Assembly (NCBI GenBank): GCA_963827765.1
Contig: CAWHBX010000002.1
Coordinates: 912,684 to 976,683 of the forward strand
Length of the DNA stretch: 64,000 nucleotides
DNA from: an uncultured Acidobacteriaceae bacterium
GTDB taxonomy: Bacteria; Acidobacteriota; Terriglobia; Terriglobales; Acidobacteriaceae
Direction of reading: 5' to 3'
Shown: one piece after another, positions 18,636-28,000 of the stretch
Position numbering within the stretch: the stretch's first letter is position 1
How the letters are laid out: each line of letters opens with the position of its first letter
Notes under the pieces: generated by a model
The model's input: the letters and a program-made list of their open reading frames with translations, nothing else
Told to the model about the DNA's origin: nothing
Databases searched by the model: none
Translations under genes and position numbers: made by a program

Positions 18636-20039
18636 ATGCCCGATGTCTGTACGGAGCGCGACCTGCAATTCCGCCTCATGCGCGAGACGGCGCGCGAAAT
18701 ATTTGCCGCAGCGCTCGGCAATGCCTCCATCGAAAGCGCATTCGCCCGCAACGTACGCTGCGAGCGGCGGGTGCTGCGCATCGGCGACGACCTGCACGAT
18801 CTGGATTCCTACCAGCGCGTCTTCGTCGTCTCCATCGGGAAGGCGGCGCACACCATGGCCGTTGCTCTCGAAGCCCAAGTAGGCGGCGACCTCGAAGGCA
18901 TCGTCGCATCATCGGTCGAACCCGCGAATCAAGTGCGCGGTTTCCGCTACTTTCGCGGCGGACATCCCACGCCCACCGCCGAATCCATCCGCGCCGCCGG
19001 GGCCATTCTTAAATCACTCGCCGCGCTCGACTCCGCTTCGCTCGTAATTTTTATGATTTCCGGTGGGGGCTCGTCCATAGTGGAGAAGCCGGTCGTGACT
19101 TTGCAAGACGACGAAATCTCTTTGCCCGATCTCGCCGCCACCTACGGCGCGCTCGTGCACTCGGGCGCGCCCATCGCCGAGATCAACGCCATTCGCAAAC
19201 ATCTTTCTGCCGTCAAGGGCGGACGCCTCGCCCTGGCAGCCTATCCCGCACAGCAGGTTTCGATTCTTGTTTCCGACGTGCCCGCCGATACACCCGACGC
19301 GCTTGCCTCCGGCCCCACCATGCCCGATTCCACTTCCATCCACGACTGCGAGCGGGTCGCTGCGAAATACAACCTCGCCGATCAATTTCCCAACTCGGTT
19401 GCCGATCTCTTCCGCCATCACGCGCTCGAAGAGACACCCAAATCGGACGACCCGGCGTTCGTGCGCGCGCGCTGGTGGACGGTGCTCTCGAATCGCGTGG
19501 CCATTGATGAAGCGGCCGCAGCCGCCACGCGCGCCGGTTTCGCCGTCGAAGTTGATAACTCCTGCGACGACTGGCCCTACGACAAAGCCGCCGCGTACCT
19601 GGTCAATCGTGTGCGCGAACTGCGCCGCAACGGGGCGCGCGTTTGTTTGATCTCAGGCGGCGAGGTGACGGTGAGCGTACGCAATGGCGGCATCGGTGGA
19701 CGCAATCAGCAGTTCGCCCTCGCCTGCGCCGAGGCAATATCGGGAGACGACATTACCGTGCTGAGTGCCGGCACCGATGGCATTGACGGCAACAGTCCCG
19801 CCGCGGGCGCCGTAGCCGATGGCAGCACTATTGATCGTGCCGGTAGAGTCTGCCCCACGTCTCGTGGTTTCCGAGACGAGGGCTGTATCCTGCGGCAGGC
19901 GCTCTCCGGCTTCAATGCTTATCCTCTTTTTGACGCGCTCGGCGACGCCATCGTCACCGGACCCACGGAAAACAATCTTCGCGACCTGCGCATCCTGCTG
20001 GCTTATCAGGGCCGTGACCGCGTGATGAGTCACAAATAA
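18636..20039 (+). CDS. Glycerate 2-kinase / hydroxypyruvate reductase-like protein (DUF4147 + MOFRL domains)
   Basis: Family-typical VSIGKAAHTMA, ISGGGSS, PIAEINAIRKHLSAVKGGRLA, ISGGEVTV and GTDGIDG segments. Confidence 0.8.
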   Translation: MPDVCTERDLQFRLMRETAREIFAAALGNASIESAFARNVRCERRVLRIGDDLHDLDSYQRVFVVSIGKAAHTMAVALEAQVGGDLEGIVASSVEPANQVRGFRYFRGGHPTPTAESIRAAGAILKSLAALDSASLVIFMISGGGSSIVEKPVVTLQDDEISLPDLAATYGALVHSGAPIAEINAIRKHLSAVKGGRLALAAYPAQQVSILVSDVPADTPDALASGPTMPDSTSIHDCERVAAKYNLADQFPNSVADLFRHHALEETPKSDDPAFVRARWWTVLSNRVAIDEAAAAATRAGFAVEVDNSCDDWPYDKAAAYLVNRVRELRRNGARVCLISGGEVTVSVRNGGIGGRNQQFALACAEAISGDDITVLSAGTDGIDGNSPAAGAVADGSTIDRAGRVCPTSRGFRDEGCILRQALSGFNAYPLFDALGDAIVTGPTENNLRDLRILLAYQGRDRVMSHK

Positions 20040-20073
20040 GCCGCCGCTCTTCAAATCTCAATTCGCCAGATTT

Positions 20074-20146
20074 TGTCATCCCGAGCGAAGCGAGGGATCT
20101 GCATTTTGCGGCGAACTACAGATCCCTCGCTTCGCTCGGGATGACA
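20074..20146. repeat. 73-nt palindromic REP/MITE-like element (tgtcatcccgagcgaagcgagggatctg...cagatccctcgcttcgctcgggatgaca)
   Basis: Near-perfect inverted repeat. Related copies at 46674-46746 and 55643-55725. Confidence 0.85.
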
Positions 20147-20303
20147 ATTTATGAAAGGTGTCGCTCGTGTATTGTTCCCCAAGTCTCATCGCTTGCTGTT
20201 AGCTTGCTCTTAACTCCGGCAGTTCATGGCCTTTGGGGCGGGGTAATTTTTTATAAATATTCTTCCGTCCCGGCAGCGTAATATTCTCAGTTGGCATCCA
20301 ATT

Positions 20304-20966
20304 ATGTTAAACACAATCCCGCACTGGAGGTTTCGCTTGAAACAGACATTACGTATTGCCATCCTCATGGTGTTCGCATGCGCTGCCGTGGCGGCGTTCT
20401 CGAATTTCGCGCAGGCCCAGAAGCTCGACATTGGGTTCGGCCTTAGCACGACGGTAGCCCCGGAAGCCAGTTTTGTGGGCGGTTTTGAAAGCGTCCCGTC
20501 GCTTAAAGGCGGCGTCTTTCCTGGCCTTAGTGGCGATGTACTCTTCTGGCACAACATGGGCTTCGGGGCCGAAGTGTTCTGGAGAGGAGGCCAAGCCAGT
20601 TGTCCAGAAACCGTCTGCGGCGGCTATTCGGGCATCAACTATCGCCCCGTGTTCTACAACTTCAACGCCGTGTACTCGCCCAAGATCGTCCGCCATGCAT
20701 ACCTTGAGCTTGTCGGCGGCATCGGTGCGCTGGACACCCATTACTCCACATGTACCTTCAGTGGTGCGTCCTCGTGCGGTGGTAGTCAACTGATTTCATC
20801 GAGCAACCACTTCGACGTAGATATCGGCGGCGGCATCAAGCTTTATCCCCACGGCGGTTTTTTCATTCGCCCCGAGGCGCGCTTTTACTGGATCAACAAC
20901 AACACGGACTTCAGTTCGAACCACACCACCCGCGTCGGCGCCTCGATCGGCTATACGTTTAAGTAA
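20304..20966 (+). CDS. Outer-membrane beta-barrel protein (OmpW/OmpA-barrel-like)
   Basis: Signal peptide ending AQA. Alternating Gly/aromatic beta-strand pattern. C-terminal GASIGYTFK. Confidence 0.6.
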   Translation: MLNTIPHWRFRLKQTLRIAILMVFACAAVAAFSNFAQAQKLDIGFGLSTTVAPEASFVGGFESVPSLKGGVFPGLSGDVLFWHNMGFGAEVFWRGGQASCPETVCGGYSGINYRPVFYNFNAVYSPKIVRHAYLELVGGIGALDTHYSTCTFSGASSCGGSQLISSSNHFDVDIGGGIKLYPHGGFFIRPEARFYWINNNTDFSSNHTTRVGASIGYTFK

Positions 20967-21083
20967 CTGGAGCTAATTGCAAGAAGCGGATTGGAGAAGG
21001 GCGCGGTTTGGAGACGCGCCTTTCTCACGCCCACCGCAACTCGCCAGTGGCCGGTATTGCCTGTCTCGCATTATGATAAAGCT

Positions 21084-21482
21084 ATGAATTTTGGCTTCTC
21101 GGGCGAGATGATCTTCCTGTTTCTTCTGGTACTGATTCTTTTCGGCCCCAAGAAAATGCCGGAGATCGGACGCCAGGTCGGGCGCTTCCTGAACGAGTTC
21201 CGGCGCGCCTCGAACGAATTCCGGTCGCAGATCGAGTCGGAAATCAATTCGCTCGATAGCAGTAATAACGCCAGCAGTAGTAACGCCAGCCACAGCCAGC
21301 GGCAGCAGATCCTGCCGCCGCTGCAGGCGCCGCTGGGATCGCTGGCCAACCGCATCTTCAATCCGCCGTCCGCGGAAAAGCCGGAAGCTGCGGAAAGCGT
21401 TGCACCGGAAGCGAGCACCCCCGCCGAAACCACGTCCGTTCCCGAACCTTACCCCGCTACGAAAGCAGCGCCCGATGCCTGA
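21084..21482 (+). CDS. tatA: Twin-arginine translocase TatA/TatB family subunit with a long Ser/Asn/Pro-rich tail
   Basis: MNFGFSGEMIFLFLLVLILFGPKKMPEIGRQVGRFLNEFRRA matches the TatA/B TM plus amphipathic helix. Confidence 0.8.
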   Translation: MNFGFSGEMIFLFLLVLILFGPKKMPEIGRQVGRFLNEFRRASNEFRSQIESEINSLDSSNNASSSNASHSQRQQILPPLQAPLGSLANRIFNPPSAEKPEAAESVAPEASTPAETTSVPEPYPATKAAPDA

Positions 21483-22290
21483 AACGGCCGCCCCCTCACC
21501 CGTGGACGATTCCACCAAGGATAAGAACAAAGAGCAAATGCCCACCATGGGTTTCCTCGACCATCTCGAGGAACTGCGCAAACGGCTGGTTTATTCGATC
21601 ATCGCCATCGTGGTTGGCTTCTTTACCTGTTGGGGATATGCGGGGAAGATCTTCGGAATCATACAGCGTCCGATCATGGAGGCGCTCGAACACAATGGCC
21701 TCTCGGCAAAATTGGTTTATATCAATCCCATCGATCCTTTCAATCTGTATCTGAAAGTGGCAGGCATGGCCGGCTTGTTCGTCGCCTCGCCTTTCGTGCT
21801 CTACCAGATCTGGTGCTTCATTTCGCCCGGTCTCTACCGCAATGAGAAGCGCTATGTAATGCCATTCATGGCCTCGACTATCGCCCTGTTCCTCTCCGGC
21901 GGATACTTCGGCTACAAGGTGGTGCTGCCACAGGCGCTGGTGTTCCTGATCGGGTACGGCAAAGATTTCCAGCCGATGGTCACGCTGACCGAATACAGCT
22001 CTCTATTTCTGACCATCATCGTCGGCCTGGGCGTGGTTTTCGAAATGCCGATTCTGGTATTTTTTCTGGCGCTCATGGGCATCGTGAGCGCGGGCTGGAT
22101 GTGGCGCAATATCCGCTATTCCATTCTGGCCATCTTTATAGTCGCGGCCATCATCACGCCTACTCCCGATATCCTGAATATGTGCATCTTCGCCGCGCCC
22201 ATGGTGGCTTTGTATGTGCTCAGCATCGCCATCGCCTGGATGGTGCATCCCAATCAGCGCAGAAAACGCGCGGAGAAGAAAAACTCTTAA
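21475..22290 (+). CDS. tatC: Twin-arginine translocase subunit TatC
   Basis: MGFLDHLEELRKRLVYSIIAIVVGF followed by six TM segments. The start overlaps the tatA stop. Confidence 0.9.
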   Translation: MPETAAPSPVDDSTKDKNKEQMPTMGFLDHLEELRKRLVYSIIAIVVGFFTCWGYAGKIFGIIQRPIMEALEHNGLSAKLVYINPIDPFNLYLKVAGMAGLFVASPFVLYQIWCFISPGLYRNEKRYVMPFMASTIALFLSGGYFGYKVVLPQALVFLIGYGKDFQPMVTLTEYSSLFLTIIVGLGVVFEMPILVFFLALMGIVSAGWMWRNIRYSILAIFIVAAIITPTPDILNMCIFAAPMVALYVLSIAIAWMVHPNQRRKRAEKKNS

Positions 22291-22314
22291 ACACAGAGGA
22301 CCACAGGGAAGAAC

Positions 22315-23364
22315 ATGAAAGCACAAAGGAGCACCGAGGACAATTTGGCGAAGAGCATTGGTGGAGCTTCGTGTACTTTGTGGTTAAAGATTTGCCTGGC
22401 GCTGGCGATCATTGTCATCGCTATGGCGACGACGGTAGCCTGCGGCAAAGGGAACTCCGCCGACGCCAGTTCCGCCACACAATCGGAAGCTCCCGCAGTG
22501 ACGCCTGCTGCGGCCATCGCTGTTGTCCCGGACTCCGCGCCGCTTCCGCACATCGATTCCAAACGCGCCTTCGAGTACACGCGTGATGTCACCGCCTTTG
22601 GCCCGCGCTACATGGGGAGCGAGAACCACAAGAAGCTGGAACGCTATATTCTCGACCACCTGAAAGGCGATCGGGTGGAAGACGACGCCTTTACCGCCGA
22701 CACGGTGGAAGGAAAATTTCCCGTACGCAACATCATTGCGAAATTTCCCGGCGTAAAAGACGGCATCATTGTTATTCTCGGCCACTACGACACCAACTAC
22801 CCGCTACGCAATACGGGATACGTCGGCGCCAACGACGGCGGATCTTCGACCGCGATTCTACTCGAATTCGCCAATCAGTTGCGCGACAAAAAGCGCGATG
22901 GCTACAGCGTTTGGCTGGTCTGGACTGACGGCGAAGAAGCGGTCAAAACATGGTCCGACTCCGACAGCCTTTACGGCACGCGCCATCTGGCCGAAAAGTG
23001 GGAGAAGGACGGCACGCTAAAAAAGATCAAAGCGCTGATGGTCATGGACATGATCGGCGATGCCGACCTCAACATTGACCGCGACGCCAACAGCACGCCT
23101 TGGCTGCTCGATCTGATCCACGCCGCCGCCGAGCGCGGAGGCTACCAGTCGCACTTCTACGCCCGCGAGGGCCCGATCGAAGACGATCATCTGCCTTTCG
23201 TCAAACGGGGCGTGCCCAGCGCCGACGTCATTGACCTGGATTACGGCTACAACAACGTGTTCCACCACACGGCGCAAGACACCATGGACAAACTAAGTCC
23301 GCGCAGTTTGGAAATTGTGGGGAATACGATCCTTGAAACCATCCACCTGCTCGATCAACGGTAG
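22315..23364 (+). CDS. M28 family metallopeptidase (lipoprotein)
   Basis: Lipobox VACG. M28-like GHYDT, NDGGSSTAILLE, TDGEE and MDMIGD metal-ligand regions. Confidence 0.8.
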   Translation: MKAQRSTEDNLAKSIGGASCTLWLKICLALAIIVIAMATTVACGKGNSADASSATQSEAPAVTPAAAIAVVPDSAPLPHIDSKRAFEYTRDVTAFGPRYMGSENHKKLERYILDHLKGDRVEDDAFTADTVEGKFPVRNIIAKFPGVKDGIIVILGHYDTNYPLRNTGYVGANDGGSSTAILLEFANQLRDKKRDGYSVWLVWTDGEEAVKTWSDSDSLYGTRHLAEKWEKDGTLKKIKALMVMDMIGDADLNIDRDANSTPWLLDLIHAAAERGGYQSHFYAREGPIEDDHLPFVKRGVPSADVIDLDYGYNNVFHHTAQDTMDKLSPRSLEIVGNTILETIHLLDQR

Positions 23365-23639
23365 TACCGTGACCGCGTGATAAGTTCCACTGTGAAGAGA
23401 CGGGCGTTTCGCTAGTCTGGACGGGCGAGACGCTCGTCCCCACACGAACGAACTGCACAAGAGCAAAGCGCTGCCCGACCCAACGTGCGCAGTGACGTTA
23501 CGAGCAGCGCTGCCCATGATCAATCTCAAACTAAGGCCAGCATGATCGCGGCGCGGCACGGATTCAAGTGATTGTTTAGGTACTGGAAAACAGCGCCAGG
23601 AACACAAGTTTCGCGGACCGACAGAAACCCCGTCTAGTC

Positions 23640-25190
23640 TTACTCTGATCCCCCTGCGTCCTCCGCAGTCTCATGTTTTTCCGGGCGCAGCAAGGGAAAC
23701 AGAATCACATCCCGGATCGTGTGCGAGTCGGTGAACAGCATCGCGAGGCGATCCACTCCCAATCCAACCCCTCCCGCCGGAGGCATGCCATAACTGAGCG
23801 CGTGGATATAAGAAAGATCCATCTGGTGGGCTTCTTCGTCGCCGCGCTCGCGTTCTTTGAGTTGCGCCTCGAACCGTTGGCGCTGATCTTCGGGATCGTT
23901 GAGTTCGCTGAAGCCGTTGGCGATCTCCATCTTCCCAGCGAAGATTTCGAAGCGTTCGGTCCAGTCGGGCTCGTCCGGTTTTTGTTTGGAGAGGGGCGAG
24001 ACCGCGGTGGGGAATTCGTAGATGATGGTCGGCTGCATCAGATGTTCTTCGGCGACCGCCTCGAACAGATTTGCAATGGTCTTGCCTGCTGGCTCCTCCG
24101 CATCGTATTGCAAATTGATTCCGGCGGCGCGCACGCGCTCGACCAGCGCCTCGACCGACGCGTGGTCGGCGAAGTCGCTGCGCTCCGGTTTGGCCCCCGC
24201 GTTCCCCGGCCAGAAGTGGAGGATGGCCTCGCGCATCGTCATGCGCCGCCAGTTCGCGTGCGACCAATCAATCTCGTGCTCGCCCCACTTCGTTTTCATT
24301 CCGCCGGTTACATCTTTTACGGCTTGCTCAATGGCGGCCTGCGTGGTGTCGAGAATGCCGAGATAATCGGTGTACGCCTGATAGGCTTCGAGCATGGTGA
24401 ACTCGGGATTCCATCTCCAACCCAAACCCTCGTTACGGAAGTTGCGGTTGATTTCGTAGACGCGATCGAATCCGCCGACCGTCAGCCGTTTCAAATAAAG
24501 TTCGGGCGCGATGCGGAGGAAAAGATCCATATCGAGCGTGTTGTGATGGGTCTTGAAGGGACGCGCCACGGCCCCGCCGGCGATGGGATGCATCATCGGC
24601 GTCTCGACTTCCATGAATGCTTGCCCATCGAAATAGCGGCGCAAGGATTGCACCAGCTTGCTGCGCTTGAGAAACACTTCGCGCACTTCTGGATTCATCA
24701 CCAGATCGAGATAGCGTTGGCGGTAGCGCAATTCCACGTCGGTGAGGCCGTGGAATTTTTCCGGCAGGGGCAGCAGGTCCTTCGATAGAAAAGTCAGTTC
24801 CTCGGCATGAATGCTGAGCTCGCCCGTGCGGGTGCGAAACAAATATCCGCGGATCCCGATGTGATCGCCGAGGTCGAGCAGCTTCCAAAGTTCGTATCCG
24901 GCATCGCCGATGGCGTCTTTTTTGACATAGATCTGGAGGCGCTGGCCGTCCTGCTGCAAGTGCGCGAAGCCGGCCTTGCCCATGAGGCGTATGGCCATGA
25001 TGCGTCCCGCGACCCGCACGGAGACGCGCGGAGATTCCAGCTCCTCCGCGGTCTGGCCGCCGTACTCGGCCAGAATCTGGGCCACGGTGTGGCTGTAGTT
25101 GAACTTTCGCGGATAGGCGGGATGCCCGAGAGCTTCAATCTTTTTCAGCTTCTCGCGCCGGATTTCGTAGATGTTCTCGTCGAGTGCCAA
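23640..25190 (-). CDS. lysS: Lysine--tRNA ligase, class II
   Basis: Full-length LysS-like sequence with an OB fold and class II motifs (FMEVETPMM, YEINRNFRNEG, GGVGLGVDRLAML). Confidence 0.95.
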   Translation of the reverse strand: MALDENIYEIRREKLKKIEALGHPAYPRKFNYSHTVAQILAEYGGQTAEELESPRVSVRVAGRIMAIRLMGKAGFAHLQQDGQRLQIYVKKDAIGDAGYELWKLLDLGDHIGIRGYLFRTRTGELSIHAEELTFLSKDLLPLPEKFHGLTDVELRYRQRYLDLVMNPEVREVFLKRSKLVQSLRRYFDGQAFMEVETPMMHPIAGGAVARPFKTHHNTLDMDLFLRIAPELYLKRLTVGGFDRVYEINRNFRNEGLGWRWNPEFTMLEAYQAYTDYLGILDTTQAAIEQAVKDVTGGMKTKWGEHEIDWSHANWRRMTMREAILHFWPGNAGAKPERSDFADHASVEALVERVRAAGINLQYDAEEPAGKTIANLFEAVAEEHLMQPTIIYEFPTAVSPLSKQKPDEPDWTERFEIFAGKMEIANGFSELNDPEDQRQRFEAQLKERERGDEEAHQMDLSYIHALSYGMPPAGGVGLGVDRLAMLFTDSHTIRDVILFPLLRPEKHETAEDAGGSE

Positions 25191-25680
25191 TGAGTGTCCT
25201 TAGTTCTTGCGCTGTGACTTGAGATTGCCCGCGGACAGCGGGGGAAACTTTGATTATAAACATGCGGTGGAAGCAGTGCGGCTGGGCTGCGGGCTTCGAG
25301 CCGCGAGCTTCGAGCAAACAGGTTGACTCGCAGGTTCGGCAGAGTGTCGATTCTGGTTGCAAATGAATTGTGAACTTGCCGGAGGGACGGGCGAGGGGCC
25401 CGTTTCTCCACGTTTGGGTAAGATATTTTCTTCTGCGGCAACCTGGCACCAACGTAACCGCACGCTGCCCTTTCTTCTGCTATACTGACGTTAACGCTTT
25501 TGCTACGGTTTGCTCGTCACGCGGGGATCCTGTTGGATCCGATACATTTCCGCCATTTCCTGCCCGCCGTTTGGTTCCAGCGCCAATTTCAATTAGAGCG
25601 GCATGCGAACTCTCGACACTAGTTTATGAGTACCAGTCTGAGAAATTTACGTTAAGCCCCTCCAGAAAGAACACAATCGA

Positions 25681-26883
25681 ATGACAACGTTTACAGAACT
25701 GCCCCTGTCTGCTGCCTTGCAGCAGAAGTTGGCGGCAGCTCAATTCATTACCCTCACACCCATCCAGGCTCGCGCCATTTCTCCTGCCCTTGAAGGCAAG
25801 GACGTGATTGGCACCGCCCAAACCGGCACCGGCAAAACTCTCGCGTTCCTGATTCCGATTATCGAGATGCTGCGCGCCACACCATCCAAGAACGTCAGCG
25901 CACTGGTCCTCTTGCCCACACGCGAATTGGCCATGCAAGTTCACGAGCAGTATGAACAACTGCGCGACAAAAATATGCCCAAGGCGGCGCTGGTCATCGG
26001 CGGCGTGGCCGAGAAGGCGCAGATCAACAGTCTTCGCTCCGGCTGCGAGTTTGTCATCGCAACTCCGGGACGCTTGCAGGATTTCATCACCCGCAAGTTC
26101 GCCGACCTGCGCCACGTCAAGATACTCGTCCTCGACGAAGCCGACCGCATGTTGGATATGGGCTTTCTTCCGTCCATCCGGCGCATCTTGCAAGTTCTGC
26201 CCGAGCGCCGGCAGACGCTCTGTTACTCCGCCACGCTGGAACAATCGGTGGCCGGGCTGGTCAACGACTACATGCGCGAGCCGGTGCGGATCGCGCTGGG
26301 CTCCGTCCTCAAGCCCGCGGAAAGCGTGGCGTTGGAAGCATACGAGGTGCGACCGTCCGAAAAACTGGATGTGCTCCGTCAGTTGCTGTACGAGGAGAAG
26401 GGGCAGACCCTGATCTTCACGCGCACGAAACGCGGCACGCAAAGGCTGGCCAAGGAACTCGAGCGCGACGGCTTCTCGGCCGCCCAGATCCATGGCGATC
26501 GCACGCAGTCCCAGCGCAACGCCGCCTTGAGCGGATTTCAGGAAGGACGCTATCAGGTGCTGGTCGCGACCGATGTCGCATCGCGCGGCTTGCACGTGGA
26601 TGACGTGGCCCACGTCATCAACTACGACATTCCGAAGATGGCGGAAGATTTCATTCACCGCGTCGGGCGCACCGGGCGGGCCGGATTGCAAGGCCGCGCC
26701 TCCACCCTGGTCACAGGCGCGGAGGTTCTGGACCTGCGCAATATCGAGCGCACGCTGAAGCTGCGCATCGAACGCAAGCAGGTGAATGTCTCGGCCTCGT
26801 TCAACGAACTGCCCAAGCGGTTCATTCAAAACACCCTGGCATCGCGAACGCTGACTCGCTTGCCGGGTGAGGTTTTCGTTTAG
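25681..26883 (+). CDS. rhlE: DEAD-box ATP-dependent RNA helicase (RhlE-like)
   Basis: AQTGTGKT, VLDEADRMLDMGF, SAT and HRVGRTGRAG motifs. Confidence 0.9.
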   Translation: MTTFTELPLSAALQQKLAAAQFITLTPIQARAISPALEGKDVIGTAQTGTGKTLAFLIPIIEMLRATPSKNVSALVLLPTRELAMQVHEQYEQLRDKNMPKAALVIGGVAEKAQINSLRSGCEFVIATPGRLQDFITRKFADLRHVKILVLDEADRMLDMGFLPSIRRILQVLPERRQTLCYSATLEQSVAGLVNDYMREPVRIALGSVLKPAESVALEAYEVRPSEKLDVLRQLLYEEKGQTLIFTRTKRGTQRLAKELERDGFSAAQIHGDRTQSQRNAALSGFQEGRYQVLVATDVASRGLHVDDVAHVINYDIPKMAEDFIHRVGRTGRAGLQGRASTLVTGAEVLDLRNIERTLKLRIERKQVNVSASFNELPKRFIQNTLASRTLTRLPGEVFV

Positions 26884-26894
26884 CAATTAATAAT

Positions 26895-26979
26895 GGAGCG
26901 ACGGGCGTCTCGCGAGCCTGCCCTGAGCGAAGTCGAAGGGTCCAAGTTTCAGCGGCCGGGCGGGGACGCCCGGCACTCC
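26895..26979. repeat. Structured GC-rich repeat, copy 2 (same family as 18491-18565)
   Basis: Hand alignment shows near identity across the shared core, in the same orientation. Confidence 0.8.
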
Positions 26980-26993
26980 ATTTAGATTGGCGT

Positions 26994-27251
26994 TTAGCGA
27001 TCGTCCTTGGCGCTGTGCGGGACGGCAATCTCGGTGGAGCTGGGTTCTTCTTCGTCGGCGCCGATGCGGAACAGCGCGGCTTGCGCTTCGGCATGCTCGC
27101 GCATCTCACGCATTTCCTGGATCTCGTCCACCACGCCGCCTTCCGGTTTTTCCTGCTTGCGCTGCGTCTTGCGCTCGTTCTTGTCCCGCTGTTTCTGTTG
27201 GCGCGCTTGTTCTTTTTGGCGTTTGGAAAAAGTCGATCGGCCTCGTGGCAT
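26994..27251 (-). CDS. Hypothetical small, highly charged protein (basic N-half, acidic C-half)
   Basis: 85-aa ORF with a G-rich SD-like sequence (acggggg) about 8 nt upstream of the ATG. No family recognised. Confidence 0.4.
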   Translation of the reverse strand: MPRGRSTFSKRQKEQARQQKQRDKNERKTQRKQEKPEGGVVDEIQEMREMREHAEAQAALFRIGADEEEPSSTEIAVPHSAKDDR

Positions 27252-27426
27252 ACAAAACCCCCGTATTTATATGGTCATTATAATGGCCGGCTACACGCGG
27301 CGTTTGTAGAGTTGGCCCAGCTTTTGTCCCGTGAACAAACTACTAGATCAAACCACTGGAATAAACCAAGACGATGCCGCAATCTCTCGTTTGTTTCGAG
27401 TGTTGGTTCTAGTATAACCTCGATTC

Positions 27427-27500
27427 GAGTTCTCAGTTCTCAGTTCCCAGTTCTCAGAAAAACCCAGAATCGTCCACGGTCCACTGAGAACTGAGAACTG
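27427..27500. repeat. Hairpin with stems made of gagaactgagaac-type words
   Basis: The left arm (27427-27457) is complementary to the right arm (27484-27500). It lies upstream of rpsO. Confidence 0.7.
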
Positions 27501-27579
27501 CCACTGGCGAGTTTGCACTGAGCTGTGTTATTCTCAAAAGCGTTACGAAAATGAGAAGAGACAGGAGTGCAACAGGTTA

Positions 27580-27846
27580 GTGTTAGCCAGAGAGCAAAAG
27601 CAATCCGTCGTTGACACGTATCGCACGCACCCGACCGATACCGGCAGTCCCGAAGTTCAGATCGCGTTGTTAAGCGAACGCATTGGTCAGTTGACGGAAC
27701 ACTTCAAAACGCACCAGAAAGACCACGGCTCTCGCCGCGGACTTCTCATGATGGTGAGCCGGCGTCGTGGTCTGCTCGACTACCTGAAGAAGTACGACTC
27801 GGAACGGTACAAAACCGTTATTTCCAAGCTCGGCATCCGCAAATAA
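27580..27846 (+). CDS. rpsO: 30S ribosomal protein S15
   Basis: GTG start. [49 protein letters not shown] is present. Confidence 0.95.
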   Translation: MLAREQKQSVVDTYRTHPTDTGSPEVQIALLSERIGQLTEHFKTHQKDHGSRRGLLMMVSRRRGLLDYLKKYDSERYKTVISKLGIRK

Positions 27847-27852
27847 CAGCGC

Positions 27853-27876
27853 GACCGGCCCCGTGTGGGGCTGGTC
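27853..27876 (+). terminator. rpsO-pnp intergenic stem-loop (attenuator or processing-site candidate)
   Basis: gaccggcccc gtgt ggggctggtc forms a 10-bp stem. There is no clear T tract, so it may be a processing or attenuation hairpin rather than a strong terminator. Confidence 0.4.
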
Positions 27877-28000
27877 CCAAACTCCGAGAGCCTTTGCAAT
27901 GTGCGTTCCCAACCGCGGCCTGGCACGTGCCTATCCAAGCGGACTCCGTATCCCCGCGCATGCCCTTCTGCCCATACCATATCTATAAAAAGGATGATCT

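Noticed and set aside
23673-24788. 371-aa + strand ORF. Similar long antisense ORFs occur at 25624-26886, 27983-29218 and 52841-54565.
   Set aside because: Each lies opposite a confidently identified gene (lysS, rhlE, pnp, M2 peptidase). None shows a family motif. Long open antisense frames are expected at this GC content.
25191-25680. Possible riboswitch or leader in the 490-nt lysS/rhlE divergent region
   Set aside because: I could not recognise a lysine riboswitch, a T-box or any other known leader motif. Only one repeat-type hairpin (25381-25409) and generic sequence are present.
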